From: Candidatus Kaiserbacteria bacterium RIFOXYB1_FULL_46_14
GTDB lineage: Bacteria > Patescibacteriota > Minisyncoccia > Phycocordibacterales > UBA918
Assembly (NCBI GenBank): GCA_001783525.1
Contig: MFMS01000002.1
Location: 121,791-185,790 of the forward strand
Direction: 5' to 3'
Length of the DNA: 64,000 bases
Shown here: positions 11,502 to 21,704 of the stretch, piece by piece
Layout of the letters: each line of letters starts with the position of its first letter
How positions within the stretch are numbered: the stretch's first letter is position 1
Notes under the pieces: generated by a model
Database searches by the model: none
The model's input: only the letters and a program-made list of their open reading frames with translations
What the model was told of the DNA's origin: nothing
Translations under genes and position numbers: made by a program

Positions 11502-12086
11502 TTATTTTACGGATAGTCTCTTGAATTCAACTACTGAAACGTTCTCACCAAATTTTTGTACAGCACCGTTTACCATCTCGCCGATTGTGACATCAGGGTT
11601 CTTGATAAAAGGCTGTTCTAGCAAAATCTGTTCTTTGAAGTAGGCGTTTAACTTACCTTCCATGATCTTTTCCTGCATTTCCGCTGGCTTGTCTTTGATA
11701 TCTTCGGCAAAAACTTCTTTGGCCTTAGTTATAGCTTCTTCGCCAACATCATCGCGGGAAAGGAATTTAGGATTTTGTGCTGCCACATGCATAGCGATTT
11801 CCTTGGCAAGCACTACAAACTCTTCATTCTTGGAAACGAAGTCCGTTTCAGAAGCTAGGAGCACCATAGCCGCCACCTCGTTGGTGTTGTGAATATAAAC
11901 ACCGACAGTGCCAGCGCCAAGAGCGCGGTCTGATTTTTTGTCGGCCGCTTCTTTGCGCTTTTGCTTCAATACGATAAGAGCCTTCTCCATATCGCCACCG
12001 GCTTCTTCAAGCGCTCGCTTGCATTGCATCACTGAAATACCAGTTTGGTCACGCAACGCTTTGATTTGTGCTGATGTAATCTCCAT
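11502..12086 (-). CDS. tsf: Elongation factor Ts (short form)
   Basis: IKALRDQTG...CKRALEEA, SETDFV and LLEQPFIK motifs; follows rpsB. Confidence 0.95.
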   Translation of the reverse strand: MEITSAQIKALRDQTGISVMQCKRALEEAGGDMEKALIVLKQKRKEAADKKSDRALGAGTVGVYIHNTNEVAAMVLLASETDFVSKNEEFVVLAKEIAMHVAAQNPKFLSRDDVGEEAITKAKEVFAEDIKDKPAEMQEKIMEGKLNAYFKEQILLEQPFIKNPDVTIGEMVNGAVQKFGENVSVVEFKRLSVK

Positions 12087-12123
12087 AAAAGAACAGATTA
12101 TCGAAATGTAATATTTGAATAAA

Positions 12124-12861
12124 TTAACGAGTGATACGACGACGGTTGTTTAGACTGGTTGGCTTTGGTACAAAGCTAGCCTTTCCTTCAGCGTAAGCTT
12201 GTGCAAGCTCGGACAATGCAATATCAACGCTAGCGCGGAGAGTGTCATTTTGTACTACTGGGTAATCAGCAGACTTGATATTGTTGTCGCTACTCATGAT
12301 AGCAATAACCGGAATATTCTTTTCACGGGCTTCTGCTACGGCTAGGTGATCGTGACGTGGGTCAACGATGAGCATCATGTCAGGAAGTTTTTCAAGAGTG
12401 CGGATACCACCAAAATTGTGCATCAACTTGTTTAGCTCACGGGTGATTATAACGCGCTCCTTCTTGGTGTACTTGCGCTCTAGTTCGCCGCTCTCACCTT
12501 GCGCAATTAGATCTGCTAGACGACCAAGGCGCTTTCTGATCTCAGTCCAGTTGGTAAGCATTCCACCTACCCAACGGTTGGTTACAAACGGCACACCGAT
12601 CTTCTCAGCTTGCTCACGAACTTGCTTGGCGATCTCGTCCTTGGTACCAACAAAAAGCACTGTCTTACCGTCCATACCAGCAGTCTTAATGGCCGCTTTG
12701 GCTTCCTCCAGAAGAGCAATTGAGCGTTCCAAATCGATCACGTCAGTACCGTCTTTAGTGCCAAAGAGATATGGCTTCATCGAAGGGTGGCGACGACTCT
12801 TTTTGAAACCGAAATGAGCTCCGGCAGCGAATAGACGATCTATTAGATTTTGATTGGTCAT
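12124..12861 (-). CDS. rpsB: 30S ribosomal protein S2
   Basis: AGAHFG, VLFVGTK and RWVGGMLTN motifs. Confidence 0.97.
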   Translation of the reverse strand: MTNQNLIDRLFAAGAHFGFKKSRRHPSMKPYLFGTKDGTDVIDLERSIALLEEAKAAIKTAGMDGKTVLFVGTKDEIAKQVREQAEKIGVPFVTNRWVGGMLTNWTEIRKRLGRLADLIAQGESGELERKYTKKERVIITRELNKLMHNFGGIRTLEKLPDMMLIVDPRHDHLAVAEAREKNIPVIAIMSSDNNIKSADYPVVQNDTLRASVDIALSELAQAYAEGKASFVPKPTSLNNRRRITR

Positions 12862-12880
12862 TATATATTTGTGTGATAAT

Positions 12881-12990
12881 CGAAGGCTACCCAGTTTCGC
12901 GTTTGTACTTCACAAACGAGCGCTACACCTAAAGCTTTTTTAGTGAAACCAGGAACACCTTCTCGGTGCTAAAGCGGGCGCATAATAGCA
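12881..12990 (-). promoter_or_regulatory. rpsB promoter (TGCTATTAT) and structured 5' leader, candidate S2 autoregulatory RNA
   Basis: Closing helix GAAGG..CCTGGTTTC / GAAACTGGG..CCTTC enclosing two hairpins. Confidence 0.55.
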
Positions 12991-12999
12991 CAAAGTCCC

Positions 13000-13980
13000 T
13001 TACTCCGCAACGGATTCCCCGCTGGTGGCTTTGTGCATCGCTTCTATAATGTTGTCCATGTTTCCAGCCATAACCTCCTCGATATTATGCCAAGACTCCT
13101 TGATTCGATGGTCTGTGATACGGCTTTGTGGGAAGTTGTAAGTGCGGATCTTTTCACTACGGTCGCCGGTGCCGATTTGGTCTTTGCGCACAGCGGCGTG
13201 CTTTTTTGCTTCTTCTTCCTCGTGCATCATTTCCAATTTAGCGATCAGTAAGGTCATTGCTTTCTCGCGGTTTTTGAGCTGACTTCGCTCTGACTGACTA
13301 CGCACGTCAACACCAGTTGGTTTGTGAATAAGACGAACAGCTGACTCCACCTTGTTTACGTTTTGCCCACCGGCGCCACCAGCGCGTGAGTACTCCATTT
13401 CGATGTCACTAGGACTGATTTCAAAAGTCGGTTTTTTGCGCAGCGGCAAGATGGCCACGGAACAAGTAGAAGTATGGATTCGGCCAGCTTTTTCTGTTAC
13501 GGGCACGCGTTGTACGCGGTGTACTCCAGTTTCAAAGCGAAGGGCGTCGTAAGCCTTGTTGTGTAGTATTTCAAAGGAGGCCTCTTTGTAGCCTCCACTT
13601 GTCGCACGTGATTCATCGTTTGTACTTATCGTCCAGCCCTGTTTTTCTGCGTATCTTAAGTAGGCGTTGGCAAGTTCTTCAGCAAAAAGCGCCGCTTCGT
13701 CCCCTCCCGCTCCGGCTCGGACTTCAAGAACCACTCCGTAAGGCTTCGCCTCCTCTTCCTTACTGGACTCAATGATTCGTCCCATCTCTTTAAATTGGCC
13801 AGCCAACTGCTCTTGGAGTAAAGAAATTTCCTCCCTTGCTAGTTCTGCCATCTCGGCATCGTTTTCGACCAATTGCTCAGCTTCACGAAGCCGGCCGAGG
13901 TCGTATTCGAACTGGCTCGCCAAAAACTGCGTCTTTGGGTTATCGCGAAATTCATTCAGTTTGTCTTGATCAAAATCCAT
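13000..13980 (-). CDS. prfA: Peptide chain release factor 1
   Basis: [17 protein letters not shown] (PxT) and [14 protein letters not shown] motifs. Confidence 0.95.
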   Translation of the reverse strand: MDFDQDKLNEFRDNPKTQFLASQFEYDLGRLREAEQLVENDAEMAELAREEISLLQEQLAGQFKEMGRIIESSKEEEAKPYGVVLEVRAGAGGDEAALFAEELANAYLRYAEKQGWTISTNDESRATSGGYKEASFEILHNKAYDALRFETGVHRVQRVPVTEKAGRIHTSTCSVAILPLRKKPTFEISPSDIEMEYSRAGGAGGQNVNKVESAVRLIHKPTGVDVRSQSERSQLKNREKAMTLLIAKLEMMHEEEEAKKHAAVRKDQIGTGDRSEKIRTYNFPQSRITDHRIKESWHNIEEVMAGNMDNIIEAMHKATSGESVAE

Positions 13981-13996
13981 ATTGCTTACATCATAC

Positions 13997-14024
13997 CAAA
14001 AACCCGCGTAATCGCGGGTTTTTG
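13997..14024 (-). terminator. Intrinsic terminator after rpmE
   Basis: CAAAAACCCGCG-TAAT-CGCGGGTTTTTG. Confidence 0.75.
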
Positions 14025-14032
14025 AGTAGTAT

Positions 14033-14305
14033 TTATTTCTGAGCCTTCTTCCCTGCTTTGGCGGCGCGAGTCTTGAACTTTTCTAGACGACCAGCGGTGT
14101 CCATGATCTTCTCTTGGCCAGTGTAGAAAGGATGTGAGGCTGAGGAAACATCAACACGTGTTACCGGGTACTCCTTACCGTCAGTCCATTTGTCGGTCTC
14201 GTTACCCTCAATCTGAACAGTTGAACCAATCAAGAAGCGCTCACTGTTAGAGTTGTCGAGGAAAATTACTGGGCGATAGTTTGCTGGATGGGTTCCCTTT
14301 TTCAT
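14033..14305 (-). CDS. rpmE: 50S ribosomal protein L31, type B (no Zn-binding Cys)
   Basis: MKKGTHP..YRPVIF...[12 protein letters not shown]...GRLEKF. Confidence 0.93.
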   Translation of the reverse strand: MKKGTHPANYRPVIFLDNSNSERFLIGSTVQIEGNETDKWTDGKEYPVTRVDVSSASHPFYTGQEKIMDTAGRLEKFKTRAAKAGKKAQK

Positions 14306-14353
14306 AAGTGACGGCAACTATAACAAATAAACCTTTAGACGGCAAGTCGTATT

Positions 14354-15754
14354 TTAGCCAGCATCCAAAGTCTTGATCTCGGCTTCTAGGCGAGCTTTTC
14401 TCTCCATAACTTGGTCACCGTAGAAATGGTTTTTAGGGTTGTTGATGCCGTTCCAGCCAGAATAGTAGCGGATGGCCGCTGTCCACTCGGCATTGTAGGT
14501 ACCAGCGGTGGCGCCGTTGTCTCGCATCAAAAGCGAGGTAGCCAAGAAGGCGTCCTGATTACGGAATGGGTTGGATGGAGCATTGCTTCCGATCAATTGT
14601 CGGATAGCATCAGAACCTGGCTGATACACATACTTATCGTCGCCTGTGTTTACATAGCCGCCGTAAAGCGCCCAGGTTGATGGAATGAACTGAGAAGGAC
14701 CCATTGCCCCACCCCAACCGTATCTAGTACTTCCATACGAGATCGGACAGGAAACTTTCTGGCTTGATATATCAAAACCGAGCACACCAGCCATTACTGT
14801 AAATACTGGCACACTCCCCGGACCCATTGTTGGCTTGCCCTGCACCATCTGGTCGTAGGTACACTGACCGATGTTGGCGCCAAATTCAGACTCTTGTTCC
14901 AGAATAGCGAGAATGAAAGATGCCGATACTCCGGTCTTGGTACTAGCAAATTTAGCCAGCGATACAGCTTCAGGAAAAGGTATTCTTCCACCACCACCAG
15001 CAAGCTGGAAGAGTGCCTGGCGCAACTGTACGGCTGTCTTTTGTGTTTGTGCCAAGTGTGCTTGATAAACCGCCTCCTCACCTTTGGTAACCTCGAGGAT
15101 GTCGCTCTTCTCAGCCTCCTTAACCTGAATCGCTGCCTTCTCTGCTTCTTGCAGTTGCTTGGCCTTGGCTTCTTCTTGCTGTTTATCCTCTAAGGAGCGC
15201 TTTTGTAAAGTGGTGTCCTGCTGGATACCAGACAGAACTTGCAACGATTCGCGCAAAGAATTGTTTATGGTTCGGTAGTCCTCGAAGTCAGCAAAAAATT
15301 CAGAGAAACTTTTATTGGCCAGTAATACTTCGATCAAAGAGTTGTCGTCGATCTCTTCTGTTTTGCGTAGTAGTGAGGCTACCGACTTGCGTTGCTTGCT
15401 CTGTCGATCAGTCAGGATGTCGATAATACCCTCCTTCTGTCCAATCTGTTCGCTTATTTGCCTTATAGCCATTGATCGTGACTGGATGCCTAGTTGAGAT
15501 TTTTTGATTTGTGCAGATAGGATATCAATATCACGCTCAATGGATTGTCGCTCTGTTTGTTTGCGTTCAACCAACTGCTGTTGCACCAATATCTGCTGAT
15601 CAATCTGACCCAAAAGGGCCTTACAGGCTTCCTTGTCACTTTCTGGCGCCGTGGCGGCGTTTAATGCGGTACAGAACTCAACTGTGACAGCCGCTTCGGC
15701 ACGCGATACGCCAAAAATAAAAAACAACAAAAATACAGGCACAAAAGCTTTCAT
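14354..15754 (-). CDS. Secreted coiled-coil protein with lytic transglycosylase domain
   Basis: Signal peptide; ~200-aa coiled coil; ILAILEQESEFG (catalytic Glu), GAMGPSQFIPSTW and AAIRYY motifs. Confidence 0.8.
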   Translation of the reverse strand: MKAFVPVFLLFFIFGVSRAEAAVTVEFCTALNAATAPESDKEACKALLGQIDQQILVQQQLVERKQTERQSIERDIDILSAQIKKSQLGIQSRSMAIRQISEQIGQKEGIIDILTDRQSKQRKSVASLLRKTEEIDDNSLIEVLLANKSFSEFFADFEDYRTINNSLRESLQVLSGIQQDTTLQKRSLEDKQQEEAKAKQLQEAEKAAIQVKEAEKSDILEVTKGEEAVYQAHLAQTQKTAVQLRQALFQLAGGGGRIPFPEAVSLAKFASTKTGVSASFILAILEQESEFGANIGQCTYDQMVQGKPTMGPGSVPVFTVMAGVLGFDISSQKVSCPISYGSTRYGWGGAMGPSQFIPSTWALYGGYVNTGDDKYVYQPGSDAIRQLIGSNAPSNPFRNQDAFLATSLLMRDNGATAGTYNAEWTAAIRYYSGWNGINNPKNHFYGDQVMERKARLEAEIKTLDAG

Positions 15755-15775
15755 CCCAGTATTATATCAGACCAA

Positions 15776-15808
15776 AAAGCACCGACATTGTGGAAATGTC
15801 GGTGCTTT
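15776..15808 (-). terminator. Intrinsic terminator after rplY
   Basis: AAAGCACCGACATT-GTGGA-AATGTCGGTGCTTT. Confidence 0.75.
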
Positions 15809-15826
15809 ATGATAAGAATTTTTGTA

Positions 15827-16462
15827 TTAAGCCTCTGCCTCGTCCTCCTTCTTGCCTTTTTGTTCAACCTCAATGGCAGTCATGTCGATTGAAGCGACCT
15901 CCTCTACTGGTTCATCTTTGGCCTCTGTTACTACTGCCACCATTTCCTCCGGATCATTCTCAACCTTTACGCCGGCTGGGATGTTCAAATCCTTAACGCG
16001 GATATGGTCTTCAAATGTATTGAGTACGCTTATGTCCACAATGATCTCATGTGGAAGATTGGCAGGCTTGGCAGTGATTTCGATTTCGTGAAGAGCCTTG
16101 GTTAGTGAACCGCCGAGTTTCACAGCCGGAGCTTCTCCGATAAAAGTTAGTTCAATTGGAACAGTTACTTCCTTGCCTTTTTCCACAGCGTAGAAGTCAA
16201 CGTGCTGGATGCCACCTTTTACTGCATTGAAAGACATATCGTGAACGAGAACCTCCTTGTCCTCATCAAGACCAGTCAAAACGATCACACTAGATTCACC
16301 GGCTTCTGCATAAGCCTTTTCGAACTCGCGACGATCTAGAGTCAAGGGAGTAGAAGACTCCTTTGCACCATAAACAACAGCTGGAAGCTTGCCTTCGGCT
16401 CGCAATTTAACCAGCTTTTTACCGCTTTCGGTACGCTTCAGGACGTTTAACTTGATAGTCAT
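15827..16462 (-). CDS. rplY: 50S ribosomal protein L25/Ctc
   Basis: LRAEGKLPAVVYG, HVDFY; C-terminal TL5 domain. Confidence 0.93.
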   Translation of the reverse strand: MTIKLNVLKRTESGKKLVKLRAEGKLPAVVYGAKESSTPLTLDRREFEKAYAEAGESSVIVLTGLDEDKEVLVHDMSFNAVKGGIQHVDFYAVEKGKEVTVPIELTFIGEAPAVKLGGSLTKALHEIEITAKPANLPHEIIVDISVLNTFEDHIRVKDLNIPAGVKVENDPEEMVAVVTEAKDEPVEEVASIDMTAIEVEQKGKKEDEAEA

Positions 16463-16565
16463 AGTGGGCACATCTTAACACAATTTATCTAATTTTCAAC
16501 GGCGGGTTTTATCCAATCAACAGCTTTTTCTTGGTAACGAGGTGTTAGACGTTTACACTGTATCA

Positions 16566-17573
16566 ATGGCTACTCGCTACGACTTTGTATCGATCGGTGA
16601 TATCACCATCGATGCCTTTATAGAACTATCAAAAAAAGACGCTCGAGTCGTCTGTGACATCGAAGGTCGGCCGTGCCAACTGATGATGAACTTTGGCGAT
16701 AAGCTACCTTACGAGGATGTGACGATTGTCCCAGCGGTCGGCAATAGTCCAAACGCCGCCGTGGCGGCTCATCGACTCGGCCTACGAAGTGCCCTCTATT
16801 GTAATCTTGGACACGACCGTAACGGCAAGGACTGTCTCGATGCTCTTCGCCAAGAAGGTATTTCTACGGATTTCGTAAAGGTACACGAACGCAAAAATAC
16901 CAACTACCACTATGTTCTTCGTTACGGTGCGGAGCGTACCATCCTCATCAAACACGAGGTCTTTCAGTATGTGCTTCCCGACTTTGGTCTGCCACCCCGC
17001 TTTTTGTATTTCTCTTCGGTTGGAGAGAGCGGATTACCTTTACACTTTGAAATTGCAAAATATCTAAAGGATCATCCGGAGACGAAGTTGGTTTTTCAAC
17101 CAGGTACCTTTCAGATTCGACTTGGCTATGAAAAGTTGAAAGAGCTTTACGCTGTAACGGAGATATTCTTTTGCAACAAAGAAGAAGCACAGACTATCTT
17201 AGGAATCAAAGAAAAAGATTTGCTCACGCTTCTTCGTGGACTTAAAAAACTCGGCCCTAAACTACCAGTGATCACCGATGGCCCTAACGGTGCTTATGTA
17301 CTAGAAGAGGATGGTTCAGCTTGGCACATGCCGATGTATCCTGATCCTAAAGAACCGGTAGATCGCACCGGTGCTGGAGATTCTTTCTCTTCGACCTTTA
17401 CGGCCGCCATTGCACTCGGACTCTCTCCACATGAAGCGCTTGCTTGGGGGCCGATCAACTCGATGTCTGTTGTTCAATATATCGGTGCACAAAAAGGGCT
17501 TCTCACACGCGAACAACTAGAGGAATATCTAAAAAAAGCCCCAGCAGACTTCAAAGCCAAGAAGTTGTTCTAG
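16566..17573 (+). CDS. PfkB-family carbohydrate kinase
   Basis: GNSPNAAV..RLG, NKEEA, ITDGPNG and VDRTGAGDSF motifs. Confidence 0.9.
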   Translation: MATRYDFVSIGDITIDAFIELSKKDARVVCDIEGRPCQLMMNFGDKLPYEDVTIVPAVGNSPNAAVAAHRLGLRSALYCNLGHDRNGKDCLDALRQEGISTDFVKVHERKNTNYHYVLRYGAERTILIKHEVFQYVLPDFGLPPRFLYFSSVGESGLPLHFEIAKYLKDHPETKLVFQPGTFQIRLGYEKLKELYAVTEIFFCNKEEAQTILGIKEKDLLTLLRGLKKLGPKLPVITDGPNGAYVLEEDGSAWHMPMYPDPKEPVDRTGAGDSFSSTFTAAIALGLSPHEALAWGPINSMSVVQYIGAQKGLLTREQLEEYLKKAPADFKAKKLF

Positions 17574-17590
17574 CGACGTACCTCAGAAAC

Positions 17591-18583
17591 CTATACAGAA
17601 AACGCTTCGGAAATTTTCTTTACGATACTGTCTTTGTCGAGACCGTAATGTTTAAATAGCTCTTCAGTTTCTCCTGATTGCCCGAATTGATCGTCCACAC
17701 CAATACGGATGACCTTAGTTGGTCGCTCTTCACTCAAAAATTCTGCCACTGCTCCACCTAGTCCGCCGTAACGCTGGTGTTCTTCGATGGTGACGATTAG
17801 GTCATGCCCTTCTGACAATTTTAATATGGCTTCTTTATCCAAAGGCTTGATAGTAGAGAGATGAAGAATCGAAACTCCGATTCCCTTCTTTTCAAGATCG
17901 ACAGCGGCCTTGGCGGCATTATGAAACATCGATCCGGTGGTGATTATCCCGACCGTGTGTGGTAAGTCGCCTTCTTTCTCGATCCAAAGTCCACCTTTTC
18001 CAAGTTCAAATAGGGTACCTACTGTGGTGATGGTAGGAACCTTCTCACGACCTAATCGGATATAGACTGGGCCATCGTATGAAGCGGCCCACAGAGTAGC
18101 CTTCTTGGCCTCCATAGCATCAACCGGTGCGATGACTACTATGTTTGGCATAACACGCATAAGAGCGATGTCCTCGATCGCTTGATGGGTTGCTCCATCT
18201 GGGCCAACTGACACACCGCTGTGTGCGCCGATTATTTTTACGTTACGCTCATTGTAGGCAATGGTGGTGCGGATCTGTTCCCAATTTCTTCCTGGTGAAA
18301 ACATTGCGTAAGAAGTGATGAAAGGTATCTTGCCGACCGCCGCTAGTCCGGACGCCACTGACGCCATGTTTTGTTCAGCCACTCCGACTTCAATAAAACG
18401 ATCCGGAAACTCTTCCGCAAAGAGGTTGACTCGGGTTGATTCAACAAGGTCAGCAGATAACGCCACTACACGCGGATCCTTCTCACCAGCTTCTTTGAGT
18501 CCGTCACCAAAACCGTCGCGCGTTGGTGCGCTTTCGATACTTTCGTCAAAAAGTTTTGGATTGAGATGAGAAGCAATTTTCAT
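17591..18583 (-). CDS. Transketolase, C-terminal subunit
   Basis: EVGVAEQNM, VGPDGATHQ and TIEEH motifs. Confidence 0.92.
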   Translation of the reverse strand: MKIASHLNPKLFDESIESAPTRDGFGDGLKEAGEKDPRVVALSADLVESTRVNLFAEEFPDRFIEVGVAEQNMASVASGLAAVGKIPFITSYAMFSPGRNWEQIRTTIAYNERNVKIIGAHSGVSVGPDGATHQAIEDIALMRVMPNIVVIAPVDAMEAKKATLWAASYDGPVYIRLGREKVPTITTVGTLFELGKGGLWIEKEGDLPHTVGIITTGSMFHNAAKAAVDLEKKGIGVSILHLSTIKPLDKEAILKLSEGHDLIVTIEEHQRYGGLGGAVAEFLSEERPTKVIRIGVDDQFGQSGETEELFKHYGLDKDSIVKKISEAFSV

Positions 18584-18595
18584 AAACTGGTCACA

Positions 18596-19489
18596 TTAGC
18601 ACTCGGCAGGTTTAATAGAACCACTTAGCGAACGCAGCTTTTTAAGTGCCTCTTTGCCCTGGTCGCCTTTCTTAATAATGTTTTCAGGACCTTTGCCGGG
18701 AGGATTGCCGTGCCAGTGGAAATCTCGTTCAAAAATATCAACACCTTTGCCTGGGATGGTGTGAGCGATGATAACTGAAGGCTGACTATATACAGCTTGA
18801 GCTTTGCCGATAGCATCAAGTACCATTCGTATATTGTGACCATCTACTTCTTGTACATCAAAGTTGAATGATTCAAATTTTTCACGCAGCGGTTCAAGCG
18901 GCATTACATCTTCTGTGTAACCGTCGATTTGAATGGCGTTGCGGTCAATGATAGCGATCAAGTTATGAAGACGCTCTTTGCCAGCCAACATGGCCGCTTC
19001 CCAAGTCTGTCCTTCTTGAAGTTCACCATCACTCATCAAACAATAAACGTATTGCGAAGTGTATGGATTGTCCATGCGCAGGCCGAGCGCCATTCCGGCC
19101 GCTTGTGACAGGCCACTACCAAGAGGGCCAGAGGTAGTCTCGAGTCCTGGCAGGGCTGTGCGGTGCGGGTGTCCTTGCAGCCTGGAGCCAAATTTACGCA
19201 AAGTTAGAAGTTCTTCAATTGGAAAATATCCGCGGTGTGCCAGAGTCGCGTATAGAACTGGGCAAATGTGTCCGTTTGAAAGTACCAGTCGGTCGCGCTC
19301 AGGCCAGTCTGGGTTCTTAGGGTCGTGTTTGAGTACATCAAAGTAAAGCAGAGTGAAAATGTCAGCCATTCCTAATGGACCAGCAGTATGTCCGCTACCG
19401 GCAGCTACCAGCATTTCTACAATGCTTTGGCGGATTTCATTTGCCTTGTGTTCGAGGCGTGCGATTTCGTCATCGCTGAGATAATTCAT
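18596..19489 (-). CDS. Transketolase, N-terminal subunit
   Basis: GSGH, DRLVLSNGH, LQGHP and SDGELQEG..WEA (TPP motif). Confidence 0.92.
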   Translation of the reverse strand: MNYLSDDEIARLEHKANEIRQSIVEMLVAAGSGHTAGPLGMADIFTLLYFDVLKHDPKNPDWPERDRLVLSNGHICPVLYATLAHRGYFPIEELLTLRKFGSRLQGHPHRTALPGLETTSGPLGSGLSQAAGMALGLRMDNPYTSQYVYCLMSDGELQEGQTWEAAMLAGKERLHNLIAIIDRNAIQIDGYTEDVMPLEPLREKFESFNFDVQEVDGHNIRMVLDAIGKAQAVYSQPSVIIAHTIPGKGVDIFERDFHWHGNPPGKGPENIIKKGDQGKEALKKLRSLSGSIKPAEC

Positions 19490-19516
19490 CTCTTTGATTA
19501 TAACGCGAGTGTGTGA

Positions 19517-20164
19517 TCAACTAGCAATAATTTTCAACAGGTCTTCATAAGTGGACTCGGGATCAGCGGAATTCAAAATTGCTGATCCAACAACGAAACG
19601 ATTTGCACCGGCATTTTTCAGAGCTGCTAGATTGGTTTTGCCGACCGCGCCATCTACCGTGATGGTCAGATTTGGATATAAGGAACGGATAGTGGTGATT
19701 CGATCTATTACGCGATCATCAAACGGTTCGCCTTGCTTGCCAATCGAAGCAATGCCCATTAGTTGAACAAAATCTATTTGATCGACAAAAGGGTGTAATC
19801 GCTCGATCGGCGTATCGTTGTTGATAGCTAATCCTAAAAGGACGTGAGTGTTGTCCTTTAATGACAGGATATCTTCAACTGAAGACAAACTCTCTAAGTG
19901 AATCACGATCCGCTTTGCACCGATGGTCAACCAATCTTTGGCTACGAGGACGGGATTATCAACCATTAGATCAACTTCGATTTCGTGATCCTCGATGAGG
20001 GCGGTCGCGTCAGCGGCCGCCCCAACCGGTTCATACGGCCAGGAAACATTTTCTACAAACTTTCCATCCACTAAATCAATTTGCACAGCTGGAGCAAAAG
20101 ATAAAAGAGCCAATTTGTCTTTGAGGTCATCGAGTGACTTCGGAATAATGGCAGGAATAATCAT
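19517..20164 (-). CDS. rpe: Ribulose-phosphate 3-epimerase
   Basis: QIDLVDGKFV, DLMV, G.QG..F, VDG and VVGSAI motifs; located in a pentose phosphate cluster. Confidence 0.85.
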   Translation of the reverse strand: MIIPAIIPKSLDDLKDKLALLSFAPAVQIDLVDGKFVENVSWPYEPVGAAADATALIEDHEIEVDLMVDNPVLVAKDWLTIGAKRIVIHLESLSSVEDILSLKDNTHVLLGLAINNDTPIERLHPFVDQIDFVQLMGIASIGKQGEPFDDRVIDRITTIRSLYPNLTITVDGAVGKTNLAALKNAGANRFVVGSAILNSADPESTYEDLLKIIAS

Positions 20165-20170
20165 ATACGC

Positions 20171-20611
20171 TTAGCCAAGTTTTTGAATCCTCCTCACATG
20201 TCGTTCGTCGCCACTGAATTCGGTTTGTAGCCAAAGACGAATGGCGGTTTTAGCATCGTCAACGGTAATGAACCTGGCACCTAAAGACAGCACGTTGGCG
20301 TCGTTGTGTTCGCGAGAGAGTTTTACAATAGAAAGATCCCCGCCATAAAAGACGGCCGCACGGGCGCCTTCTACACGATTGGCTGCCATAGCTTCCCCTT
20401 GCCCGCTGCCGCCAAAGATAATCGCGCGGTCTTCACTTGAAGATGCAACGGCCAGTGCGGCTGGTTTTATAAAGTCGGGGTAGTCGTCTTCTTGGTCGAG
20501 TTTTGTTGCGCCGTGGTCTTCGACTTCAAGCTTAAGCTCATCTCGCACAAATGCCAACAACTCGTTCTTTAATACAAATCCGGCGTGATCAGAGGCAAAG
20601 TGAATTTTCAT
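20171..20611 (-). CDS. rpiB: Ribose-5-phosphate isomerase B
   Basis: ASDHAG, DYPD, GGSGQGE (Mycobacterium-type Glu base), HNDANVL and RHVRRI motifs. Confidence 0.92.
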   Translation of the reverse strand: MKIHFASDHAGFVLKNELLAFVRDELKLEVEDHGATKLDQEDDYPDFIKPAALAVASSSEDRAIIFGGSGQGEAMAANRVEGARAAVFYGGDLSIVKLSREHNDANVLSLGARFITVDDAKTAIRLWLQTEFSGDERHVRRIQKLG

Positions 20612-20625
20612 AATTTTGACAACCA

Positions 20626-21648
20626 CTATATATGCTTAGCGGTTTCTGTAACGTGTTCGATCAGTGTGTGTACGTACGAAGCTTCATTATCATACCAAGC
20701 GAGCACTTTGACCAGATCGCCATCGACAACCTGTGTCATTCCAAGGTCTGCAATAGCCCCAAAGGGCGCCCCAATGATGTCAGAAGAGACTAGCGGTTCA
20801 TCTGTGACAGCAAAGACTCTGCTCCAGCGAGGGTCTTTGGCCGCTTCCTTCAAAATGTTGTTCACTTCTTCTCGCGAAGTGGCTCGTCCTGCTAGGAAAG
20901 TAACATCTACAATTGATCCCACAGCGACCGGCACGCGGATCGAGATACCATCAAATTTACCTACCAAGTCTGGGTATGCGAGAGTTGTCGCGATGGCGGC
21001 ACCAGTCGTAGAAGGTACGATGTTTTGTGCCGCCGCGCGACCCTCGCGCAAATCCTTCTTACTCGGGCCATCCACTAGTGATTGTGAAGCGGTGTAAGCA
21101 TGTACGGTGTTGAGCAAAGCTTTTTTGATACCTAGCTTATCTTTCAAGATACCGATAAGTGGTGAGGCGGCATTGGTCGTACAAGAGGCATTCGAGGTAA
21201 TGTCACAAGTGCCAAACTTTTCTTCATTGGCTCCAATCAAAATTGTCGCTCCGGTGACTCCGGCAGAAGCAGGATCATCTTTTACAGGTGCGGTAATAAC
21301 CACTTTCTTAGCACCGGCAGTCAAGTGAGCTTTTGCCTTTTCGTAGCTCGTAAAAACGCCGGTTGATTCTACTACTACATCAATACCCAATTTACCCCAA
21401 GGCAAATTGGCCGGATCTTTTTCACTAGTAAGGGTGATATTACGACCGTTTACCTTAAGCTGACCGTCTTGATGTTCGATTGGAAACGGAGCATGTCCAT
21501 AAGCGGTATCGTAGCGAAGTAGATAAGCTAAACTTTCTGGTGAACCTAAGTCATTTACCGCTACAATTTCAAAATCCTTACGGCCTTCTGCCATACGAAA
21601 AAAAGTCCGTCCGATACGGCCAAAGCCGTTGATTGCCACCTTTATCAT
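20626..21648 (-). CDS. gap: Glyceraldehyde-3-phosphate dehydrogenase type I
   Basis: INGFGRIGR, SNASCTTN and WYDNE motifs. Confidence 0.96.
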   Translation of the reverse strand: MIKVAINGFGRIGRTFFRMAEGRKDFEIVAVNDLGSPESLAYLLRYDTAYGHAPFPIEHQDGQLKVNGRNITLTSEKDPANLPWGKLGIDVVVESTGVFTSYEKAKAHLTAGAKKVVITAPVKDDPASAGVTGATILIGANEEKFGTCDITSNASCTTNAASPLIGILKDKLGIKKALLNTVHAYTASQSLVDGPSKKDLREGRAAAQNIVPSTTGAAIATTLAYPDLVGKFDGISIRVPVAVGSIVDVTFLAGRATSREEVNNILKEAAKDPRWSRVFAVTDEPLVSSDIIGAPFGAIADLGMTQVVDGDLVKVLAWYDNEASYVHTLIEHVTETAKHI

Positions 21649-21704
21649 GGGCTAATTATAGCAATCAAAAGTGCGTCATCTGAACGAAGCGGTGGACAAA
21701 GGAG

